A stretch of DNA of 32,000 bases from sequence record NC_091964.1; one strand, written 5' to 3'. The DNA is from Serratia phage PCH45. The position numbers were made by a program, and so were the translations under genes. How positions within the stretch are numbered: the stretch's first letter is position 1; each line of letters opens with the position of its first letter. This document shows, piece after piece, positions 8,737-15,904 of the stretch. A model generated the notes under the pieces. It did no database searches, was not told the DNA's origin, and was given only the letters and a program-made list of their open reading frames with translations.

Positions 8737-10845
8737 GTGATACTGTTTGAAAAAGATTGGGATAAATACCCGAATGCTACAGTAAACCACTTGACGAAAA
8801 ATACTAGCTTCATCAACTATGCTGCAATTCTGAAGGCACTTGGCGTTAAGAACTATCTTTGGCCACTGTCTACATTGAACCCTGCTTTGGTTGGTGTCGA
8901 CCCTCATAGCCCGGAAATTAACTTGGCTCAGATGGGATGGATTAAGTTCGAGTGTGAACAAAACCCATGGTATTATTTACGCGAGTGTTTAATTGTCCCT
9001 GCGCCTTCCGGTATCGGCGGCGATCCATTCCGCGCTAACCGCGCTAACATGTCAATGATCTGGTCTTTCCTTAACCACGTTGACTACATGTTAATCCAAC
9101 CCCGTCAGACGGGTAAAACAATTACAATCTCTGGACTGATTAGCTGGCTGCTCTACATCAAACTGTGGAACACGCGTATTGGTCTGGTAACTAAGTCCGA
9201 TGACTTGCGTCGTGATACAGCCGAGAAGGTTCGTCAGATGCAAGGCGGCTTGCCAGGGTATCTAACAATTAATGATAGGCGAGATTCTATCACTGATGCC
9301 CTGGTGACGTACAAGACGCGTAAGAACCGATTCGTATTGTCAGTAAGTCGCGGAGATCCGGCTGGGGCGATCAAGGTTGGTCGTGGTAACACCGTACCTG
9401 TAAACTTATGGGATGAGTTCCCGTTCATACCTCACGTCAAGATAGCCTATGGGGCAGCAATGCCAGGTACTGACGCCGCGTATGCTAACGCCCGTCAAAA
9501 AGGTTTACCGTACGGTTCACTGATTACAACTACTGCTGGTTCACAGGACAGTCGTGATGGTCAATTTGCTTATTCGATTCTGAGTAAAGCAGCTAAGTGG
9601 TCAGATACCATGTTTGACTGCGATGATGAAAACGATTATCGCGAAACTGTTAAGGCTCACTGCCGTGGTCGTAAAATCATCGTTAACGGTACGTGGTCGC
9701 ATAGCCAGATGGGTGTACCTGATGCGGTTCACTACTCTAACATTGCCAACTCCACGCAGGAAGGCGATGACGCAGCTCGAGATTACTTCAACATCTGGAC
9801 TGTAGGTGGCGAATCACACCCGCTCGATAAAGCAACTCTGCGTAAAATCAAAGAGTCGCAAATCGATCCGCAGTATGATGAGAAGTTTGGTAAGTTTATC
9901 ATCAACTGGTTCTATCCTGAGCACATCGTTGAAACGTTTGTAAACAAGGTAATGTTGGTTGGGAACGATACATCTGAAGGTGGGGGTAATGACGGATTGA
10001 CGTTATACTTCATCGATCCTGAGGATGGTGGCGTATTAGGTTCTTGCTCATTGAACGAAACCTTACTGCCGCACTACGGGGAGTTTGTTGCCAACGTACT
10101 AATCAAGTACGAACGGTCACTCTATATACCAGAGCGTAAGTCTACCGGTCAGACATTTATTGATACTGTCTGTATCGCACTACACGCCGAAGGTATTGAT
10201 CCGTTCCGTCGTATCTTCAACAACATTGTCCAGGAATCTGATTCCGATGTGGATGCATTCACTAAGATCCGTGGAGACGTCCGTAGTCGTGATGATGCTT
10301 TCTATATCAAGCGTAAAACGAAGTTCGGTTTCTCGACTGGCGTGAAAACACGTAAAGAACTCTACGATTCAGTATTCCAGTTCATGGCTAAGAAGGCGGG
10401 TACACGTTGTCGTTGTGTAACGCTCATTAACCAGATAATGGGACTCGAGTCTAAGAACGGTCGTGTTGACCACAGCTCTAAGGGTAATGATGACTCCGTA
10501 ATCGCATGGCTGTTGTGTGGCTGGGTGCTGCTCTATGGTGTACACCTGGAGTATTATGGTATCAAGGTCAGTACTATCTTCTCCAAAGCTGCCGAAGACC
10601 GTGAGGTCAGTAGTGAAGAGATCATGCGGCGTATTGCTATTGAAGAGCTTAACGATCGTATGGAGGATTTACTGGAGCGCTTGAAGACTACTGACATCCC
10701 TATTCTTGTAACACGTTACGAGAAGGAACTCAGCTTGATCGAACAAGAACTGGCTGAGCTGGGAATGGAGTCGGTTAACATTCGCAGTAAGATCGATGAT
10801 ATCAACAAAGAGCGTTATAAGCGTGTAGAAAAGTATTACCGTTAA
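8737..10845 (+). CDS. terL: terminase large subunit
   Basis: GTG start with AAGGAG 8 nt upstream. Walker A of the TerL type (QPRQTGKT). Walker B-like VNLWDEFPFI. RNaseH-like nuclease Asp motifs VGNDTSEGGGNDG and GNDDSVIAW. Confidence 0.85.
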   Translation: MILFEKDWDKYPNATVNHLTKNTSFINYAAILKALGVKNYLWPLSTLNPALVGVDPHSPEINLAQMGWIKFECEQNPWYYLRECLIVPAPSGIGGDPFRANRANMSMIWSFLNHVDYMLIQPRQTGKTITISGLISWLLYIKLWNTRIGLVTKSDDLRRDTAEKVRQMQGGLPGYLTINDRRDSITDALVTYKTRKNRFVLSVSRGDPAGAIKVGRGNTVPVNLWDEFPFIPHVKIAYGAAMPGTDAAYANARQKGLPYGSLITTTAGSQDSRDGQFAYSILSKAAKWSDTMFDCDDENDYRETVKAHCRGRKIIVNGTWSHSQMGVPDAVHYSNIANSTQEGDDAARDYFNIWTVGGESHPLDKATLRKIKESQIDPQYDEKFGKFIINWFYPEHIVETFVNKVMLVGNDTSEGGGNDGLTLYFIDPEDGGVLGSCSLNETLLPHYGEFVANVLIKYERSLYIPERKSTGQTFIDTVCIALHAEGIDPFRRIFNNIVQESDSDVDAFTKIRGDVRSRDDAFYIKRKTKFGFSTGVKTRKELYDSVFQFMAKKAGTRCRCVTLINQIMGLESKNGRVDHSSKGNDDSVIAWLLCGWVLLYGVHLEYYGIKVSTIFSKAAEDREVSSEEIMRRIAIEELNDRMEDLLERLKTTDIPILVTRYEKELSLIEQELAELGMESVNIRSKIDDINKERYKRVEKYYR

Positions 10846-10857
10846 ACTTTTTGTCAA

Positions 10858-10890
10858 GTATATATCATCATAGTGACGAGGGAGTTCAAT
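10858..10890 (+). promoter_or_regulatory. AT-rich promoter-like element, copy 1 (GTATATATCATCATAGTGA ... TCAAT)
   Basis: Member of a 5-copy intergenic family. Lies upstream of the HD gene. Confidence 0.5.
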
Positions 10891-10913
10891 CTCCCTCATT
10901 ACTTTTTATTTTT
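10878..10913 (+). terminator. hairpin GAGGGAG-TTCAAT-CTCCCTC followed by a T-rich tract; either the terL terminator or a leader attenuator
   Basis: 7 bp stem. The T-tract (TTTTTATTTTT) begins 6 nt after the stem. The hairpin lies inside promoter copy 1 and upstream of the HD gene. Confidence 0.4.
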
Positions 10914-10928
10914 GGGATAAGAAAAGAA

Positions 10929-11675
10929 ATGTCTAAAGCAATTAATAACTTCGATGAAGGTGTTTTGGAAATTTTAAAGGGTTTAGAAATCAGCGATAAC
11001 CTGATTCACTTTGCACGGACTAATATCGAACGTAATGACGTTGCCCATTACTTCGATCACGTCGATGCAGTTATTCGTCAATCTCAGTTCTTAGCGGCCA
11101 TTGCTTTCGCTGAGAGCGATAAGTATAAGGACCCGTCCGTTAAACGGATCGTGGCCATCGCAGCATTAATGCATGATACCGCCTGCTGGGTAAACCGGGA
11201 CGATCACCATAAGATCGCCACAGAGTGGATGATGAACAATTTAGATTCTGAGGAATCTCTGAAGTTCTATGGATTAATACCAGCAGAAGTTCCAATAATT
11301 GCCACTTGTATTTTAGAGCATCGCGCGAGCTGGGATAAAGACCGCTCAAGCATTTACTCTGAAATCGTAGCGGCAGCAGACCGTGGTAAGTTGGAAATCA
11401 CGGAATGCCTTCGTCGTAGTTATCTCTACGGTCGTTTTGCAAAAGGCCTTGATGTTAAGGCTGCTACTACACACGCTTGTGATCATATCGCGGACAAGTA
11501 TGGTGAGAACGGATATGTTTATAACAAGCTCCCTAAACTTTGCCTTATGGCAACCGAAGATATCAATTTATTGAGGACTCAGGCTATGGATAAGAAATTA
11601 GGAAACTCAATCATCACTGATCACCGTGAGGGCTGGGAAAAATACTATCAGGAGGTAAAGTATGCTCGCGAGTAA
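10929..11675 (+). CDS. HD-domain metal-dependent phosphohydrolase (248 aa)
   Basis: The H..H, HD, H, D pattern is present: AHYFDHV, ALMHDTA, DDHHK, LEHRAS, AAADRG. I prefer the internal ATG at 10929 over the track start at 10851, because that start lies inside the promoter and hairpin element. Confidence 0.6.
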   Translation: MSKAINNFDEGVLEILKGLEISDNLIHFARTNIERNDVAHYFDHVDAVIRQSQFLAAIAFAESDKYKDPSVKRIVAIAALMHDTACWVNRDDHHKIATEWMMNNLDSEESLKFYGLIPAEVPIIATCILEHRASWDKDRSSIYSEIVAAADRGKLEITECLRRSYLYGRFAKGLDVKAATTHACDHIADKYGENGYVYNKLPKLCLMATEDINLLRTQAMDKKLGNSIITDHREGWEKYYQEVKYARE

Positions 11676-12174
11676 CCTGCGTACCCGTGACAAGGTGCGA
11701 CCGCCCGTCTATCGCTCTCAAACCCGTCAAGCGTCGTTGGAATTCCTGGCGAACTTTCGTCAGCAACAACGCCCTGTCATCAATTTGAAGTCGGAGAAAA
11801 TCGGACCAAAGGAACCTGCGTATTTATTGACCGAGCTTCCGGATGGAAGTTTTAAGGTCTATGGCATCGAATGTCCTCGCGTGAAGGATAACAAAACAGC
11901 TTTTACGGACGAAGAACGAAAAGCTATTATCGATGCTATGCCGTTTGAAGAGCAATTCGTCGCCATCGAGCGAGGCTTCAAATTCGAAGCTGACGAAGAA
12001 GCTAAAGAAATTACTGTTCTACTTGGTGACGATTGGCTGTTCGCTATCTGGGTAGATGAAGAAGCACAGTCGTACATGATCGAACGTAACAGTTATCTCA
12101 GCCCGGAATCAGATATTACTCTGATGCTTCGGGAAGTGGGTGCGGCTTTCCGCCAGACTGTAGAAGAAGAATAA
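11662..12174 (+). CDS. hypothetical protein, 170 aa
   Basis: ATG preceded by CAGGAGG. Overlaps the HD gene end by 14 nt. Followed by terminator 12178-12210. Confidence 0.7.
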   Translation: MLASNLRTRDKVRPPVYRSQTRQASLEFLANFRQQQRPVINLKSEKIGPKEPAYLLTELPDGSFKVYGIECPRVKDNKTAFTDEERKAIIDAMPFEEQFVAIERGFKFEADEEAKEITVLLGDDWLFAIWVDEEAQSYMIERNSYLSPESDITLMLREVGAAFRQTVEEE

Positions 12175-12177
12175 AGA

Positions 12178-12210
12178 ACAGGGGGCTTTCCGCCCCCTTG
12201 TTTTTTTTTT
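12178..12210 (+). terminator. intrinsic terminator
   Basis: GGGGGC/GCCCCC stem followed by T10. Confidence 0.75.
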
Positions 12211-12228
12211 GCTTTCTTCACCTGAGAC

Positions 12229-12252
12229 AAAAAAAAGCGGGGTTGCCCCCGC
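12229..12252 (-). terminator. intrinsic terminator for minus-strand gene 12377-13600
   Basis: GCGGGG-TTGC-CCCCGC stem-loop preceded on the plus strand by A8. It shares its CCTGAGACAAAAAAAA flank with the terminator at 389-427. Confidence 0.7.
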
Positions 12253-12376
12253 TCCAAATTCTGGAAAAAGAAAAGATGTTTTGGTTCCAGTCGAAAGATC
12301 CTTTCCAGCTTGTGTCTTTGCCCGTAAAGTCACTTACTATCAGGGATGCGCTCTCTCAACATACTAAGGGTTGATA

Positions 12377-13600
12377 TTATGTTGCTGATGTAGGGAGGTT
12401 CGTATAATAGTTCATCGTCATGGCTCGAAGTACCATGTAAAGAATCACTGCTGTACGTTCCCCACTTACTGGGTAAGGGCTCTTCTTACCAATAGCCCGG
12501 CGGACGAGCTTATCGCCTTCAGTTCGCAGATAGATAACTTCACGCGAAGTATTACGCGAGGAGTTTACTGCCCCCTTAATAACCAACATGACTTCTGACA
12601 GGTTGTTTTGGTTAATCCCTTTATCCGTAATCAACTGGAAGGAGAAGTCGAGAGTACGCTTAACGAACTCCTGGATCTTCTTCTCTTTAGGACTGTTGTA
12701 GATACTGGAGAGATAGTTAAGGGTTGCCTGGAAATAACCCAGATTACCGGACGGGTTTGCGTCGGCTACAATGTCTACCAGGTTCTGACGAACGAAGCTA
12801 GCAGAATCGCCTATAATACCCTCCAAATAACGCCTGTACTGCGAGCTGTTGCGTTTTAAGTCCCTTACCCCTAACTCACCCTCCATTTCCATTAACGAGC
12901 TCGTGACGGAGATCCCAGCGCCTTCTGAGCGTACCTGGTAATAAAGCTCCGTTATATTCTTGATAGTCGAACGAGCACGGGTCTGTGTATCCGACAGAAT
13001 ATATTGAACATCGTCATCATCCCCAAAGCGAATGAAGGTCTGGTAGTGAAGTCCTTGGCGAGAAACCATCATGATCGATTTAGCTTCGCAAAGGTTATAC
13101 CAGTTACGGTGCACTCGCAGATCGTACTTAAAGTTCATGGACTCGTAAGTACGTTGGGCAATCTGCGGGTTGACGCCCCAGCGGAAGAAGTGATTTAAAA
13201 TTGAGGAAAGGAACTTATATTGTAGTATCGACAGTAGCTTGACCGCCACGTCCTCTTTTTGCTTTTGAGGCATGGATGAGGTCAGAGATCGATGTACTAA
13301 ATAAGTGATCGAGAGGTTAAAGGCATTTGATGCTACCTTATGTTCCGGGTTGACAGAATTCTCGGCATAGAGAGCCTTCTGTAACTCTTCCTCGTCGGCA
13401 TTAAGGATCTCTGAGAAATAACGGGCGGTATCGCTTGGCAGCCACTTTACTTCCGTCGACAATAAACCATTACCGAAGAAACGGATATGGTCTTCGTTTT
13501 TGTTAACGAAGTTCTTTTCGAAGGCAAGTACGCTGTTGGCAAATCGACTATCAATTTTCAGAGAACCGCAGAATTTATCAAATACGGATTTGATGGACAT
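12377..13600 (-). CDS. hypothetical protein, 407 aa
   Basis: A lone minus-strand ORF with AGGAGGAA upstream of its ATG. It has its own minus-strand terminator (12229-12252). No motif recognised. Confidence 0.75.
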   Translation of the reverse strand: MSIKSVFDKFCGSLKIDSRFANSVLAFEKNFVNKNEDHIRFFGNGLLSTEVKWLPSDTARYFSEILNADEEELQKALYAENSVNPEHKVASNAFNLSITYLVHRSLTSSMPQKQKEDVAVKLLSILQYKFLSSILNHFFRWGVNPQIAQRTYESMNFKYDLRVHRNWYNLCEAKSIMMVSRQGLHYQTFIRFGDDDDVQYILSDTQTRARSTIKNITELYYQVRSEGAGISVTSSLMEMEGELGVRDLKRNSSQYRRYLEGIIGDSASFVRQNLVDIVADANPSGNLGYFQATLNYLSSIYNSPKEKKIQEFVKRTLDFSFQLITDKGINQNNLSEVMLVIKGAVNSSRNTSREVIYLRTEGDKLVRRAIGKKSPYPVSGERTAVILYMVLRAMTMNYYTNLPTSAT

Positions 13601-13618
13601 GGGTTCCTCCTAAAGGGG

Positions 13619-13657
13619 TTACACAAGAATCCATCGTTTACCCTATCATTCTTGTAA
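13619..13657. promoter_or_regulatory. imperfect inverted repeat TTACACAAGAAT / ATTCTTGTAA in a divergent intergenic region
   Basis: ACAAGAAT and ATTCTTGT are exact reverse complements separated by 17 nt. The repeat lies between divergent starts 13600 (minus) and 13678 (plus). Confidence 0.35.
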
Positions 13658-13677
13658 GGATTTATCAGGAGAGTAAA

Positions 13678-14328
13678 ATGTCTAAACTCACTCAACGAAA
13701 CATAGAGTCCAGTGGTGCTAACCTCCGTCTTCGTGCCAAATTGCAATCAGTTCAGTGGAAAGAAATCCCGGATGAACTTAAGGCTCTGATGCAGAACCTT
13801 AAAGAGATTGTAACCGGGGAGATGGGGCATGGTGGCTACAGCAACCATATGACTACTCTTAAATGCGACGGTAAAGAGTATACGCGGCTCGTACAGACGT
13901 TAAAGTCTGATCCTAAGTTCATTCCATCAGTTGAGGTCTTCATCTCACCAGAGGGCTTCTGTCACTTCCATATCGTACTCACGTTTGTAGGTACGCATGA
14001 CGAAGAAGTAGATACGGCTGTTGCGAAGGACATCGTAAACTTCATTTGTTCTCATTACGAGGATCCTGGTCAGGAAATCACTATAGTTATTCACCGTCGC
14101 TGGAAGAAGACCGCAAGTGATAAGAAAGCGATGTACACTACCGCTCTCTGGGGGAACGAATCGTTAACCGGTCTTAATGAACGCCTGTGCTACACACAGC
14201 AGCAGATCGCACTCAAACTGAAGCAAGAGCATAAAGATATCTGTGCTCACCTTGAGCAGGTCATACAGGCCGGAGAAATGGACCCTAAGAAAATGGAAGA
14301 GTACAAGGATCAGAAACTCACTCGTTAA
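13678..14328 (+). CDS. hypothetical protein, 216 aa
   Basis: ATG with CAGGAGAG SD. Terminator 14336-14368 follows directly. Confidence 0.7.
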   Translation: MSKLTQRNIESSGANLRLRAKLQSVQWKEIPDELKALMQNLKEIVTGEMGHGGYSNHMTTLKCDGKEYTRLVQTLKSDPKFIPSVEVFISPEGFCHFHIVLTFVGTHDEEVDTAVAKDIVNFICSHYEDPGQEITIVIHRRWKKTASDKKAMYTTALWGNESLTGLNERLCYTQQQIALKLKQEHKDICAHLEQVIQAGEMDPKKMEEYKDQKLTR

Positions 14329-14335
14329 TATCTGA

Positions 14336-14368
14336 AGATAGGGGCTTAGTGCTCCTATCTTTTTTTTT
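14336..14368 (+). terminator. intrinsic terminator
   Basis: AGATAGG/CCTATCT stem followed by T8. Confidence 0.7.
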
Positions 14369-14371
14369 GCT

Positions 14372-14425
14372 TCTAAATTAATTTCAGATATACATTACTT
14401 AAGTGAATAAACCTATTCAATTTTC
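14372..14425 (+). promoter_or_regulatory. AT-rich promoter-like element, copy 2 (TCTAAAT..ATTTCAGATATACATTACTTAAGTGAATAAACCTATTCAATTTTC)
   Basis: Directly follows terminator 14336-14368. The 45 nt core (14381-14425) matches copy 3 at 37 positions. Confidence 0.55.
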
Positions 14426-14471
14426 TATCATGTTGAATAGATCGTTAACTCCGGCTAAGGAAAATAAGAAA

Positions 14472-14687
14472 ATGCCAAAAGAAACAACTGCTCGTAAAAA
14501 TAAGATCGACTCCTCTTTCGCAATGCAGGTTGATACTAAACTGGCTGACAAAGGTCATGAAGGTATCAGCGTGCGTCAAGTAGGTTTGTTGAACAAGATG
14601 CACAATGCGGCAACCTGCAAGGAAAAGGTTGAGTGGATGGCGGCTTTCATCGAGGACTTCCGTAAGTCGGTATTATCCGAGGACTAA
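14472..14687 (+). CDS. hypothetical small protein, 71 aa
   Basis: I prefer the internal ATG (MPKETTARK), with AAGGAAAA upstream, because the track start at 14403 lies inside the conserved promoter element. Confidence 0.55.
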   Translation: MPKETTARKNKIDSSFAMQVDTKLADKGHEGISVRQVGLLNKMHNAATCKEKVEWMAAFIEDFRKSVLSED

Positions 14688-14690
14688 GTC

Positions 14691-14786
14691 ATGGGTGATC
14701 CTAGCAAATCTCCAGCTCCACCAATTGTACCAGATAAGAAGTTTCCAGTACCAACTCCACAGAGCAAACCAAACCCGCTCGATTAA
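14691..14786 (+). CDS. possible micro-ORF, 31 aa, proline-rich (MGDPSKSPAPPIVPDKKFPVPTPQSKPNPLD)
   Basis: ATG lies 7 nt after GAGGA and 3 nt after the previous stop, filling the gap to the next gene. Too short to judge its coding potential. Confidence 0.25.
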   Translation: MGDPSKSPAPPIVPDKKFPVPTPQSKPNPLD

Positions 14787-14814
14787 CTACTAGTATTACT
14801 AGAGGAATAAGAAC

Positions 14815-15219
14815 ATGTTACACGGATCTAAAGAAGAATTAACTGGCGCTGCGCGTATTTTCCTGAACAACTTATACGAACTTTACCAAGCTGGTTTAGC
14901 AGGTAAAGGTCATGACGAATCGGCTCAGAAAGTTCTTGAGTCAAACGACTGGGTACACGTTTACAATCTGGGGCAGCGCCTGCTGTTCATCAACACTCGT
15001 GATCCTCACTTCGGTGTTCTGGGCGAAATGGAAAAAGAAGCTCAGGAACAGAGTTGGGAAAACGGATTTGATCTGCGTTACCAAATCACGAACGATGGAA
15101 TCATCTTCCATTACGTGGACGGTAGCACTGGTGACTATCTGTATAGCATTGAGATCTGGTGTATCGATCGTGCTATTCAAGGTTTAAAGTTGAATATGCC
15201 TTCCGGCATTGAATTCTAA
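14815..15219 (+). CDS. hypothetical protein, 134 aa
   Basis: ATG with AGAGGAA SD. Followed by two hairpins, the second being a terminator. Confidence 0.7.
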   Translation: MLHGSKEELTGAARIFLNNLYELYQAGLAGKGHDESAQKVLESNDWVHVYNLGQRLLFINTRDPHFGVLGEMEKEAQEQSWENGFDLRYQITNDGIIFHYVDGSTGDYLYSIEIWCIDRAIQGLKLNMPSGIEF

Positions 15220-15230
15220 GTATTATCAGC

Positions 15231-15259
15231 AAGCTACTATCGGGCAGGTAGTAGCTTTT
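15231..15259 (+). other. 9 bp hairpin AAGCTACTA/TAGTAGCTT just after gene 14815-15219
   Basis: Perfect stem with a 9 nt loop. The stem's last two T plus TT form a T4 run, so no real T-tract follows. Possible processing site or weak terminator. Confidence 0.4.
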
Positions 15260-15266
15260 ACCAACA

Positions 15267-15300
15267 CCCCTGTACATGGACTAGTATAGGGGATTTTTTT
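15267..15300 (+). terminator. intrinsic terminator
   Basis: 9 bp stem CCCCTGTAC/GTATAGGGG (one G-U pair), followed by A and then T7. Confidence 0.65.
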
Positions 15301-15431
15301 CTTTGTTTATTATCTTGGAAATGTATGCTTTCATTTTTGAGGTAATTGTCTCTTTTTAAGAACCAACCCCCGGAAATACCCGGCACCGGCGTAGCCGCTG
15401 TGCTCTATTATGAAACGGGAAGGAATATACC

Positions 15432-15629
15432 ATGTATAACTTAATCATGAGTATACTAACGATTACTATCAGTACAGTATCAGGTACACTGTTAGCTATC
15501 GTACTGTACAGAGATGAAGATATTAACCTAGGACATATCACTGTATTCGTAATATGTCTACTGTTGATTATCTATACCATCTACATGTTACTAAGAGGTG
15601 AGAAGACTAAAGATGATGCAGACGTATAA
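15432..15629 (+). CDS. small membrane protein, 65 aa, two predicted TM helices
   Basis: Two hydrophobic stretches (LIMSILTITISTVSGTLLAIVLY and ITVFVICLLLIIYTIYMLL) and a charged C-terminal tail. GGGAAGGA SD. Confidence 0.55.
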   Translation: MYNLIMSILTITISTVSGTLLAIVLYRDEDINLGHITVFVICLLLIIYTIYMLLRGEKTKDDADV

Positions 15630-15840
15630 CGTTATCTTGAGAGGGTTGTATCCAGAACTTACTCCTCGAGAGATTAATCATATCTCCTTAGTTATTGTTA
15701 CTAAGTTACGTAAGGTACAAGATACCTTATCAAACGTTGAGTTATACAATCAACAGTTTGTTAGCTGTGGTTCTAATCAAGAACTCACCTCGGTAGAAGT
15801 ATTTAACCGTAAAGTACATATTCGTTTAACCTTCAAGTAA
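15613..15840 (+). CDS. hypothetical small protein, about 75 aa
   Basis: ATG at 15613 after AAGAGGTGAG. Overlaps the end of the membrane-protein gene. The track start is GTG 15598. Confidence 0.5.
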   Translation: MMQTYNVILRGLYPELTPREINHISLVIVTKLRKVQDTLSNVELYNQQFVSCGSNQELTSVEVFNRKVHIRLTFK

Positions 15841-15904
15841 ACTATTGCCTTAGGGTGGTGGTTTACTTGAGAATACCTTTATTTTTGTCTTTGGAGAAGA
15901 GAAC

